In this document: positions 43,001 through 56,810 of the stretch, piece by piece
How positions within the stretch are numbered: position 1 is the stretch's first letter
Layout of the letters: each line of letters opens with the position of its first letter
NCBI RefSeq assembly: GCF_006345805.1
Contig: NC_043001.1
Location: forward strand, 104,408,001-104,472,000
DNA length: 64,000 nucleotides
Direction: 5' to 3'
DNA from: Octopus sinensis
Taxonomy: Eukaryota
Position numbers and translations under genes: made by a program
The notes under the pieces: generated by a model
Seen by the model: the letters and a program-made list of their open reading frames with translations, nothing else
The model's database searches: none
What the model was told of the DNA's origin: nothing

Positions 43001-45675
43001 GAAATTGTTGATTTCGTCCAAATGCATGAAGGTGAGAGAATTCACACGAAAGTCACCCAAGAAGCAGATGGGGGTGTTAAAGTGAGTGGTATGTAAGACC
43101 TGTAGCCAGTTTTCTGATAAAACAAAGGACTTTGATCAAAACAAAACAGCTGGTCATCTTATGTCCATAGGAATGAAAATATAGTTTTAACATTCATATT
43201 TTATAGCTTTCATGGGTTTGGCTGAATTCATTCACATAGATATCTTTTACAGTGTAAGGATTTAATGTGTCTCCTTGGTCTGTAGACTTCTATGGAAAGA
43301 TCATTGGAGCTAAACCACAATAACTGTAATAGTAACAACAATAGCCACAAACATCACAGTCAATACTGGTGGTGGTGCTGCTACTGCTACCACTACTATT
43401 TTAAAATAAGAATACCCTCAACAATTCACCTTGCAAAACAAAACAAAATGTGAAAACAACTTTTAAGGGTTCTGGTTTGAGATAAAACATATGAGAGATA
43501 ACAAGTCTGTGGTTAGGATGCTTGTCTCTTTCAACTCACATTAACAGAGGATCTACTAACTTATTTCCAAAACCTACACAAACTCAATATCTGCCTCATA
43601 TAAAATAAATAGTGAGAACTAACCTCATTACTTCCAAAATGTTCTTTTACTCGATTTCTGCAAAAGAAAGAAAGGAACACACATAATGACTATCATCATC
43701 AACATCATGATCATCATCATTTTTATGTCTCTAGACAAAGAAAAACATCATAAGATTATAATATTTTGTACAACTTCATCTTGAGACATGAATTCTCTCT
43801 TAATATTGGAACCTACATTTCGACTTCATTTCAATTATTTTCATTTTTGAACCCCATTACAAGTTTAATACTTGGCTTAATGCATGGAACCAGATCATTA
43901 ATATTTTAGCAAATATTTACAAATATTGGTTTCAAATTTTGGCACAAGGCCTGCAATGTCAACTGGTACTTATTTTATCGACCCTGAAAACATGAAGGCC
44001 AAAGGTGACCTTGGTGAGATAAAAACTCAGAATGTGAAGATGGACAAAATGCCGCTAAGCACTTTGCCTGGCATAGTAACGATTCTACCAGCTCATCACC
44101 ATAGCAAACACAGAAATATTGAACTGATGTCACTACTTGCCTTACTAATTGCATTATTGGTAAGATGTATATGTCCTGATTCTTTGATTTTCATGAGTTT
44201 CCCACTTTGGAATTACAAAATCTTCATTCTATAGCATTATATTAATTCATTTCTCACTCCATATGTATTAAAATGTTTATTCTGTCATTAAGGCTTTCCA
44301 ATATTCTTCCATCCCAACCTTTAGAACCTCGCAGTGTTTCATGTACAAGGCCCTCCATAAATACATGGCATGTTATAAATGCAGTTTTAATGTTCCAAAT
44401 GAAAAAATGCAGAGGGAGAACCATAAAAAACATTTTCATCTCAAAAGATGAAGTTCCTAATCTGAAAAACTTATAATCACATCTGCAATAACTCATCTCA
44501 AACATTTACATATTTAAGAAACATTTTTCTCAAATTAAAAATACAGCCTTTCTCATTTACAAAACAAACAGCCAAAGAAACAAAGAAATATAGAAAACAT
44601 GTTACTGTGGACCTGTTGAGTTCTGTAGAGTGTTAGAGTAATGAAGAATGAGGCCAGACTGGAGTTTATATTCTAGTGGTCCTTGTGGTGTAAATGGACA
44701 CCATACAGATTAATGAACCAAAGCTACATAGAATTCATAAAAGAGGATCACACCCTCAACATGTCTGAGGTGTTGAATAACACTTGGGGCATTTGCTTGC
44801 TCATTTTCATATGCATAACAATTTGTCTCCTCATAAAATATTATCAATTAAGCACCAAAGATAACCTTTGCAGCATGTAGAGTCTATTGACTTTGGCTGT
44901 TGTTGTACATCATAACAACGTATTCCTAAAGATGATCATGTCTCTGAAGACTAGTCCTTAAGGATTCACTTGAGCCATAATCCTGACAATAGCATCTGGC
45001 TACATCATCAATGAGTTTTGGATCGGCAAAGAAAAAAGAGATTAAATTTTTTTTTTTTTTGTCAGAACATAAAGTATAGCAATTGAGAGGTGAAAACCAT
45101 TTCCACAGACCAAATGTGGATATGTAACTGTTTAGCATTTAAAGCAATGATATCCAGTCCAAATGTTAAACCTGCTTTACGTTCAAAACAGCCAGATCTG
45201 GCTTCTCACACCTACCCTACAATCTCATTCTACAAATAAACAATCATCTCACAAAATTCTCAAAGCTACAAGATAAACCATAATCAATTCAAAATGATGT
45301 GAATAAAGAAGCTTTACATTTCCCGATGCATATTTTTATGTCCTTGTAGAGTGTATTATTTTCAAAATACAACTCATAAGAATTGAAAGATAATGATCAG
45401 TCCTCAGTCCCTTCTTGTTCAACATAGTTCTCCATGCAGTAAAAGAGGATATAATTTATATCTTTTTTATATTTGTTCGGTTATTAGACTGCAACCATGT
45501 TAGGGCACTGCCTTCAAGAATTTTAGTTACAGGAATCAACCACTTCACATATTATTTAAACCTGGTATTTGTTCTGTTGGTCCCTTTTGCAGAACCTCTG
45601 AGTCATGGTGATGCAAGCACAACACTGGTTGTCAAGTGGTGGTGTGGGAGAAACACAAAGACACACATGCCCATA

Positions 45676-45718
<43 letters not shown>

Positions 45719-47751
45719 CAGGCTTCTTTCAGTTATGTCAACTAAATCCACTCACAAGACTTCAGTAGCCTTGAGGCTATAGCAGAAGACATTTGCCTAA
45801 GGTGCCATGCAGTATGACTGAACCTAGAACCATGTAGTTGGGAAAGACGAGTGATTTCAATGGAGATGTGCAGCATCTGTGTGGCTTCCATGTGGTACAT
45901 AGAAGCAATTGAATGGATTTTTCAATGAGGATGGAACTAGACTGTGGTGTTACGCAATGCAAATGATCGTATGATCTGCAATATTAACTTCAGCAAACCA
46001 GCTAGTCACCTGTTCACTTACAAATCTTGTAGTGTCATAAATCAGATTGACTACATTCTCACCAGAAAATGGGAAAGATGGCTCAACATAGGGTTGAGGG
46101 ATAACAGGGAAACCACAAATCCCTTTAAGGAGATGGCCCTATAGGTTTCTAAGAGGTACAGTAGTAGTATGGGAAGGTTAACAGAGATATTAGTCTTTGC
46201 ATGTGTCAGATGTGCAGGAACAATAAACATTGAGAATATACAAGGAATAGACTTCTTCAAATGCTTGGTGGGAATCCTTAGAACTAGTAAACAGTTTCTG
46301 TTACCAAGGTGACCATGTTAGCAGTGGAGGAATAAGTTCTGAAAGTGTAGCTGCAAGAATTAGAATAGGCTAAATAAAGTTCAGAGAGCTACAACCTTTG
46401 TTGGAAACAAAGGCCTCCCCATCACTGTGAATGGCAGATTGTATGATAACTATGGAAGTACAGCTATGCTACATGGCAGTGGGACAGAGGTTATGAATAT
46501 AGAAGACCTGAGAAAGCTTGAAAGAAATGCAGCCAGCATGTTCTGCAGGGTGGGTAATATTACTGTGCATGTAAGACAGAGACTAAATGCTTTAAGACAA
46601 AAATTAGGACAAAATAAGAGACCCTTTCATACACTGGCATGAAAAGTGCAGCAGAGACATTAAAAACCCCAAAGGCTAAGTCATAGGAGGACTCTGGGAT
46701 TAACCTGAACTCTGATTTTAGATTGACGAATAAAATATTGTGGCAGAATATCTTCTCTCTTTGTAACAAGAAGCCCACTTCCACCGCTGCCATTAAGAAC
46801 TCACCTGGAATTCTTCTCACTAAAAAGAAGAGCATTCTTTGGGTTGGAAGAGAATACATTAAGGATCTTCTCAATCTGACAAGATAAGATCTTCTGGTTG
46901 ACATGAGGTGCATCTAGGGCCAAAGACTAACCTCAGAGAGGTTGAAGTCATAGAGGTGATTAAAGCACTCAAACGTCACAAGATAGATAAAGTATAGCAG
47001 GTGGCTATACATCAACAACCTACCTTTCACTCTGAGAATGAGTACTTTTATTGTGAATAGTGGTAAAAGCTCTCTGAACTTCATCTGTCCTATTCTTATT
47101 TTTAGAAAAGATTCAAATTTTGGCACAAGACCAACAACTTCAGTGCCATACCCACCATATATGTCAGACATCTGATTATCATTTATTCTGCAGTCTTCGA
47201 AATCATTTAGATAATGAAAATATGAATTCTGTAAATGAGGTCAGGACAGTAATGGAGGATTAGTCTTCATCACGGACAAGTCACTTTTGAAAGAGGACAA
47301 AAGTGTGAGAACTACACAAACAATTTCATTCAAATTTTACACATGTCTTATTTAGGGTCCATGTAGTGTCACAGGCCAAAAAAAGTTTTAACTTTTTGCC
47401 TAGTGCGAGCCCACAGCAATATCATATCTTCTCCACTATTTCAGTATTATGTGTCAAAAGTGAAACAATAACATTTCTCTATTGTAATGTCAGATGCTTT
47501 CACTTTAATACTGAAACTATAAGTGAGATGACCAGTAAGTGGTCATCCATTATGCTAGAAGAAGATCCGCTATGGTCTTACCACTAACAAAGAATGGTAA
47601 GACCATAGCAAATCTTCTCCTAGCATAATGGATGTCCACTTACAGGTCATCCCTCTTATATGTATGTAATATAATTTTTTCGAATATGCTACACTACTGG
47701 TTTTAAATTGATATTAAATTGTATATATATATATACATGTATATATATACA

Positions 47752-47794
<43 letters not shown>

Positions 47795-50700
47795 CTGAGC
47801 CGTGAGGATGAAAGACTTGAGGTATTTCGTGTTGCAAGACAGTGTGTGAGAGAGAATCGTGATGTGGTAGGAGAGAAGTGTGTTCGCATGGATGATGGTT
47901 CACTTGCGCTAAATGAGGATGTAAAGAGAGAGGTTTGGAGATGCCACTATGAAAGGTTGCTGAATAAAGAAAATGAATGGGATAAGGAGAGTCCGCCGAA
48001 TGTCAACCCAACAGAGGGACCAGACATCCGAGTTGAAAACTCTTTGGTAGTTAAAGCAATTAGAAGCATGAAGACAGGGAAAGCCCCAGGCCCATCAGGA
48101 ATTACTGCAGAGATGCTCAAAATATCTGGCAGTGTCGGCTATAACCTAGTCACCCGTATAGTCAACCAGGTGATACACGAAGGAGTCATACCCAATGACT
48201 GGTGTAGCAGCATTCTAGTCAACTGCTACAAAGGTAAAGGTGATGCCCTAGATACAAATAATTACAGAGGTATCAAGCTGTTGGATCAGGTAATGAAGGT
48301 TACGGAGAGGGTCATCGCCCAACTAATTAGAGAGAGAGTTAGTTTAGATGAGATGCAGTTTGGGTTCGTGCCAGGGAAAAGTACCACTGATGCTATATTC
48401 CTGGTAAGGCAGCTGCAGGAGAAATACCTAGCCAAAGATAAGCCCCTGTACCTGGCTTTCGTTGACATGGAGAAAGCTTTTGATAGGGTCCCCCGATCCC
48501 TTATCTGGTGGTCAATGAGGAAACTAGGGATAGATGAATGGCTGGTGAGGGCTGTGCAAGCCATGTACAGAGATGCCGTAAGTAAGGTTAGGGTTGGCAA
48601 CATGTACACAGAATAATTCAAAGTAGAGGTTGGGGTCCACCAGGGTTCAGTACTCAGCCCCCTCCTATTTATCATAGTCCTCCAGGCAATTACGGAGGAA
48701 TTCAAGACAGGTTGCCCCTGGGAGCTCCTCTACGCTGACGACCTTGCTCTAATTGCTGAGTCACTATCAGAACTGGAGGAGAAGTTCCAGGTGTGGAAGG
48801 AGGGTTTAGAATCGAGGGGTCTTAGAGTCAACCTAGCTAAAACCAAAGTACTAATAAGTAGGAAGGTAGACAATCCACAAATGTCATCAGGAAGATGGCC
48901 CTGCTCGATCTGTAGAAAAGGTGTAGGTAGAAACTCTATAAGATGTACCCAGTGTAAGCTATGGACACATAAGAGGTGCAGCAATGTCAAAGGTAGGCTA
49001 ACTGGGAAGATAGTTTTTGTATGTGGCAGATGCTCGGGAGCATTAACCTCCGAAAATCTGCAGAAAACAATTTCCGTCACTTTCCAGGGGGAAAAACTAG
49101 AAGTAGTTGATAGCTTCCGTTATCTAGGTGACCAAGTCAGTAGTGGGGGTGGGTGCGCTGAAAGTGTAACTGCTAGAATAAGAATAGTCTGGGCAAAGTT
49201 TAGGGAGCTCTTACCTCTGCTGGTGACTAAAGGCCTCTCGCTCAGAGTAAAAGGCAGACTGTATGATGCATGTGTACGAACAGCCATGCTACATGGCAGT
49301 GAAACATGGGCCGTGACTGCTGAGGACATGCGTAAGCTCGTGAGGAATGAAGCCAGTATGCTCCGATGGATGTGTAATGTCAGTGTACATACTCGACAGA
49401 GCGTTAGTACCTTGAGAGAAATGTTGTACCTTAGAAGCATCAGTTGTGGTGTGCAAGAGAGACGATTGCGCTGGTATGGTCATGTGGCGAGAATGGATGA
49501 AGATAGGTGTGTGAGAAAGTGCCAATCCCTAGCAGTTGAGGGAACCCGTGGAAGAGGTAGACCCAGGAAAACCTGGGACGAGGTGGTGAAGCACAACCTT
49601 CGAACTTTAGGCCTCACTGAGGAAATGACCAGCGACCGAGACCTTTGGAAATATGCTGTACGTGAGAAGACCAAGCAGGACAAGTGAGCCCAGCCCACTT
49701 ATGAATGCCTTTCCTCCCTTGGACACAAAGACCTGTTGAGGCAAGCGAAGTCGATATAGAACCTCATCCGACGACAGGCACCCATGCCAACCCCCTTTGC
49801 TTGCGAAGACATGTTGGGGCAAGCGAAAGCGAAATCGAAATCGAATTGAACCAGCCAGGATCCCTGGTCTGGTGGTACGTAAAAAGCACTATCCGACTCG
49901 TGGCTGATGCCAGCGCTGCTGCCTCCACTGGCTTCCGTGCCGGTGGCACGTAAAATACACCAATCCGACCGTACGACAGGCACCCATGCCAACCCCCTTT
50001 GCTTGCGAATACATGTTGGGGCAAGCGAAATCGATATCGAATTGAACCAGCCAGGATCCCTGGTCTGGTGGTACGTAAAAAGCACTATCCAACTCGTGGT
50101 CGATGCCAGCACCGCCTCGACTGGCTTCCGTGCCGGTGGCACATAAAATACACCAATCCGACCGTGGCCGTTGCCAGCCTCGCCTGGCACCTGTGCAGGT
50201 GGCACGTAAAAAGCACCCACTACACTCACGGAGTGGTTGGCGTTAGGAAGGGCATCCAGCTGTAGAAACATTGCCAGATAAGACTGGAGCCTGGTGCAGC
50301 CTTCTGGCTTCCCAGATCCCCGGTCGAACCGTCCAACCCATGCTAGCATGGAGAACGGACGTTAAACGATGATGATGATGATGATGATGATGATATATAT
50401 ACATGTATATATATGGATGTATATATATATACTTGTATATATATATATAGATGTATATGTATACATGTATGTGTATAGCTGTATATGTATACATGTATCC
50501 TCCTCATCATCATTGTTTAACGTCCGCTTTCCATGCTAGCATGGGTAGGATGATTCGACTGAGGTCTGGTGAACCAGATGGCTGCACCAAACTCCAATCT
50601 GATCTGGCAGAGTTTCTACAGATGGATGCCCTTCCTGATGCCAACCACTCCGAGAGAGTAGGGGGTGCTTTTAGGTGCCACCAGCACGAGGGCCAGTCAG

Positions 50701-52379
50701 GTGGTACTGGCAATGGCCATGCTCAAATGGTGCTTTTTATGTGCCACCTGCACAGGTGCCAGTCAAGCGGCACTGGCAATGACCTCACTAGAATGTTTTT
50801 CCACAGGCCACCAGCACAAGTGCCAGTAAGGCGATGCAGGTAACAATCACGCTCGAATGGTGCTTTTTATGTGTCATCAGCACAGAGGCCAGCTTGTTGC
50901 TCTGGCAACGATCATGCTCGTATGGTACTCTTGGTGCTCCACTAGCACAGATGCTAGTCATCGAATTTGATTTCGATTTCACTTGCCTCAACAGGTCTTC
51001 ACAAGCAGAGTCTAGTGTCCAATGAAGGAAAGGTATGCATAAGTGGGCTGGTTACACCCCTGGCATAGGCCACAAGGTTATGGTCTCACTTGAGCTTGCT
51101 GTGTCTTCTCAAGCACAGCATATTTCCAAAGGTCCTGGTCACTAGTCATTGCCTCGGTGAGGCCCAATGTTCGAAGGTCATGCTTCACCACCTTGCCCAA
51201 GGTCTTCCTGGGTCTACCTCTTCCACAGGTTCCCTCAACTGCTAGGGTGTGGCACTTTCTCACACAGCTATCCACATCCATTCTCGCCACATGACCATAC
51301 CAGTGCAGTCATCTCTCTTGCACACCACAACTGATGCTTCTTAGGTCAACTTTTCTCTCAAGGTACTTACACTCTGTCGAGTATGCACACTGACATTACA
51401 CATCCATTGGAGCATACTAGCTTCATTCCTTGTGAGCTTAAGCATGTCCTCAGTAGTCACAGCCTATTTTTAACTGCCACGAAGCATGGCTGTTCGTACT
51501 CATGCATCATACAGTCTACCTTTTACTCTGAGTGAGAGGCCCTTTGTCACCAGCAGAGGTAAGAACTCTTTGAACTTTGCCCAGGCTATTCTTATTCCAA
51601 CAGCTACACTTTCAGTGCACCCTCCCCCGCTACTAACTTGGTCACCTGGGTAATGGAAGCTATCAACTATTTCTAGTTTTCCTCCCTGGAATATGGCGGC
51701 AGTTGTTCTCTGCCCATTTTCAGTGTTTATTGCTCCTGAGCATCTGCCACATATAAAAACTATCTTCCCAGTAAGCCTCCCTTTGATATTACTGCACCTC
51801 TTATGTGTCCATAGCTTACACTTGGTACATAATAATAATAACGATGAAATTATTGTATACAGTGCTCAGGTGCACCACAACTTGTCAGAAAGTGCATATA
51901 AAGTGTATGCAGTAATGTACAAATGTCTGGGAAGTGAACAGTGTATGAGTTAGATACATGCTTGTGTGTGTACGGAGGGGAGGAAATCAGGTGTAGTGTT
52001 GGCGAATCTCAGAAAGCATGGAAGTTATAGAGTTTCTACCTACGCCTTTTCTACAGATTGAGCAGAGCCATCTACCTGAAGGGATTTGTAGTTTGCCTGC
52101 CTTCCTACTTATTGGGACTTTGGTTTTAGTTAGGTTGACTCTAAGGCCCTTCGATTTTAATCCTTGTTTCCACACTTGAAACTTCTCCTCTAGTTCTGAT
52201 AGTGACTCAGCAATTACTGCATGGTCGTCAGCTTAGAGTAGCTCCCAGAGGCATCCTGTCTTGAATTACTCCGTTATTGCCTGAACGACTATGATAAATA
52301 GGAGGGGGCTGAGGACTGAACCTTGGTGGACCCCTACCTCTACCCGGAATTCTTCACTGCACTTGTATGTATATGTGTA

Positions 52380-52417
<38 letters not shown>

Positions 52418-55400
52418 TGTACATGTAATATGTACACATATATACATGCATACGTACACACACACACATTCAAATATATATAGGTGCAGGTGTGGCTGTG
52501 TGGTAACAAACTTCGTTCCAAAACACATGGTCCTGGGTTCAGTCACACTGTATGGTGACTTGGCATGTGTCTTCTGCTGTAGCCTCAGACCAACCAAAGC
52601 CTTGTCAGTGGATTTTGTAGGCAGAAACTGAAAGAAGTCAATCGTATATATATGTATATATGTATGTCTATGTGTGTGTCTCTGTGTTTCTCCCTCATCA
52701 CTGCTTCACAACTGCTGTTCGTTTATTTACATCCCCATAATTTACTGGTTTCACAACAAGAAACTAATAGAATAAGTACCAGGCTAATCAACATAAAAAA
52801 GCACTAGGCTGTCTCATATTTTTGTTTGCCCACTCAGTTGTATCTATCAATTTATCTTTGTGTGTGTGTTTGTATATATCGATAGATAGATAGATATAAT
52901 ACACACACACATGTATGTATATGTGCATATTCAGATCTATTATATCAAAGTCAATGTCTTTATGTGTGTTTGTGTGTTACTTATACAACCGAGAACTGCT
53001 GCACCGATCATAATGAAATTTTGAACACAAAATCGAAGCCTAGGGAGAAGGGTAATGCTGTGTTTCATACAATTTCATGGACGAAAATTACTGAATGGAT
53101 TCTTATGATATTTGAAACTTAGATTCAATGCATAAGGGCGGGTACAATGTAATATGTTTGGTTTGGATTTCTGATGGCTTAAAGGGGGCAGAACCCCCAT
53201 GAAAATTCATAAATTTTCGATGTTGATGAAATTTCAACCATGGGTAATTGACACACATCAAGAAGTATTCTGAAAGGTTCAACTTCGCATGAGGATTCTA
53301 AGACACTCTAAATTTTAGTCATTTCTTTTATGATCCAAAACTAGGTCAAAAGTACTGAATGGATCTTTACGAAATTTGGAAATTATATTCTATGCATAAG
53401 GGCCATAACCCCCATGACAATTCATATACTTTTACTGTTGATGAAATTTTAACCATAGATATTTACACACAAATGAAGTAATATTTATAAAATTTCATCT
53501 TCTTACAAGTTAGAAAGACCCCTTCATGGGGACTTAACACCCACAATTTAGTCATTTTATCTAAGCAAAGACGAATACAGTTGTACTCTTGGAAGCTGTA
53601 GTGTCACCCGAGCATAAAAGTTGAGCATTATTTGTAATTCAATAGTACAACAGTGTAAGAGTTTGCTTTCAGATATACTTACACTGCGATTTCTGCAATG
53701 TGGTGCATAAATTGTAAAGTAAATGAGAGGCATCTTTGCCTCCACTGGTTCAGTTGCAAAGTGTTGAGTAAAGTTATTTGGTTGCAGACTTCCTTTCAGT
53801 CTTTTTATTATCACTGGGTCACACATAGTCCCCAGATGGTAACATTGATTTCAAGGCCTTCCCAGATGAGTGAATGGTTATTCAAAGACATTTATAGATT
53901 GTAAATTTATTCTGTCCACTTACGTATCAGTATAGTGGTCATAGGCAAACTCCAGAGGTGACACTTTCATTTCTCCTTAGCCCTCACATCAATATTGTTA
54001 ATATTTATTTCAGTAGGGTCACACCCTTCCAATTGCTATAGATTCATATTGCATCTTATGGTTGTGCCTGTCATCTGGATGGTAAGGAATCCTACATTGA
54101 GAGTGGTAATGACTAGGGTAGGGTAGCTGACTGCTTATTGTGATCATTCATCTTTTGCTTTCCTGTAGTTTTGCACTCTTTTACAAACCCAGTGAACATA
54201 TATTTCCTATTTCAAAGAAATTCAAACAATAGATATAAGACCCAAGTTAAAAAGATTCTCAACAATTCAACTTCTCTGGTTGACATTAAGACACCCACCT
54301 CCAAAAGGAGCCTTAACTCTCACATTTTAGAGCTCCATGACCTCCAATTTTCAGGAGCAAAATCCTTTTAACAGGTTCTACAAGAATGGAATTTTGGAAT
54401 ATGCGCATAAAAATCAGTAATATGGGATACAGGTGGCACGATTACAATTTTTTTAGGGTGTGCACTGAGGGAAAGAACCCTCATCTGCAATTCTGATGAA
54501 ATTCGAAACGTAGATATTCCAGTTCATTACAGGAAATATAACAGAAAACACTAATTCTTAAATTGCATGTAACACGGGCAACGCCGGGTATCCCTGCCAA
54601 TATATATATATATATCATTATATTATGATCACATTTATACATCACAATCTCCTCATCTCAATAAAGTAAAAATATTTACTCAACAACTCCTTTGTCAATA
54701 TCTCCCCTGTCCAGGACTTTCAAGAGATTTTCGTAACCCTATAAATATTAAAAATAAAAGCATATGTTTAGACTTTATAATAAAATAAATGATTTAACAT
54801 TTAAAGTTCTATTTTACCATGTAATTGACTCTTCAATCCAACTGGATATTGCCTCCCTTCCTGAAGCAATTAGTTGTTTTGCTTCTCTACATCCACAGCA
54901 ACATCAAATTTCAGATGTCTGATTCAAAAACAGACAGGAACATTGGAATAATTCCAGAGCATGTAGATGTCTTACAAACAACTTGCACATGCAAGTGCTA
55001 TCAGTCAAAAGCTCCATATACCAGAAGCCAGCAAGTGTATGGGGTCATCAGGAGAGAATGCGCGCCGTTTCGGGGCCTACCTTTCGACGGCATCAATGTG
55101 CACCGGCCCCCCCTCACTGATATGAGGCCCCGCTTGCTAGATCAGCTGGTTATGAAGTTAAACTCAATATCCTTCTAGCCATCGCTCATCGTCTCTTTTT
55201 AACCAAATCTAGTTGCTAGCCTTCTCCACTGTAGAAAATTAAACTTTGTACTGTAGGAAAATTAAACAATGCACAAGATCACACATTTTATAGGAGTCTA
55301 GTTATTTGCTAATAAAGGAATGTGGTTTACTAGTTAAGGTTGTAACTTCAAAATTATAAAGTAATGGTTTTGCTTCCTGGACCAAAAGGTACATTATGCC

Positions 55401-56777
55401 CCTGAGTAAAACAGTTCAGTAAATTTCCCTCTAATCTACTTAGCTGACAATATGCAACAGCTGAGTGATGCTGGAGCCCTCTCTCAATCCAGCTATCATG
55501 TCCTCACTGTTGGGTGAAAGGTAGGATGGTTGAGGAGTTGTTTGTATTGAATTGTCACTGCATAGACACATAAAGCACTTAGTGAAAGTATAGTTTCATT
55601 CTACCAGGTCATATTATTTTGTGTGAAATAGCTATGGCCTTATTTCTGTGGGTTATTTTTCTAAATACTTGACTAATATTTATTTTCTCAAGCCTAGAAA
55701 GGTGAAAGACAAAATTGACAAATTCAAAATCAAGCAATAATCCTCCACTTCATTATAAGAAGTGGTAAAATATTCAAAACATCTTGCAGTATCTAGAAAT
55801 ACTATTCCTGTAAGGAAAGAAGACTAACTGGTATGACTTTCAACAACATTAGTCATTCAGAACTGACCTGGAATGTGCCCTTATCAAGCCTGAGTATTCT
55901 ACCTGTTGTATATTCACATCAAATACATCTGACTTCTCACACCTACCTTACAATGTCATTCTAAAAATAAATTATCACACCATTAAAGCCTTAGAGCTAC
56001 AAGATACTGCATAATGAATTCAAAACAATATGAATAAATAAGCATTACATTTGACTGAGAAATCTGAATGCTTAAATGGTTAAACAACAATATCAAAAAT
56101 AATAAAATTAAATACGAATCCAATAGAAGAAACAAAGACTTTCTCTTTCATTAGTTTCAATATCAAAGCTGCAGTGGGTACTTCTACCTCCACAAATTCA
56201 ACAACTTTTTGTTGCTTTAACAAGCTTGAATAAATGGGATGCTACACTGAACTCACTTGCATTTCAATTCAGAAATTGCAAACATTAAACTAGTATATCA
56301 AAATCTTGTATACCATCAAGTCTCTTCCTCTTAATGCTGTACCAAATTACCAATATTCGAAAGAGGTTTAGAATTCCAAAACAAAGTAGAGAAGCAAAAT
56401 AAGTTTGGAGAAGAGAATAAATATAATTTCTATTTCTTAATAGAAAAAGGCCCTCACAGAAGGTTGCATATAATCATTTCATTTGCTTAATTATAGCAAC
56501 TAAATTGTCATCAACTATTATCTTTGAAATGGCATCACCTTGTATTAAGTTACTCAATTTCAGACAATGATCCAAAAGAAATTCAATAGTTTTATGAATT
56601 TTTATAAGTTTCTCTGATGAGGCAAGTTAGTTTCCATGAAATTTTGGTAGCACTGCCCCAGACTTGTAAGAATTTCAGTGTATGATGTTCAACCTGAATA
56701 ACTGAAGGTAAAAAAATGAAACCCAAACTACTGGTCATCTTTATCTCCACATGAGAGCTAATGAAGGTTAGATTAAA

Positions 56778-56810
<33 letters not shown>

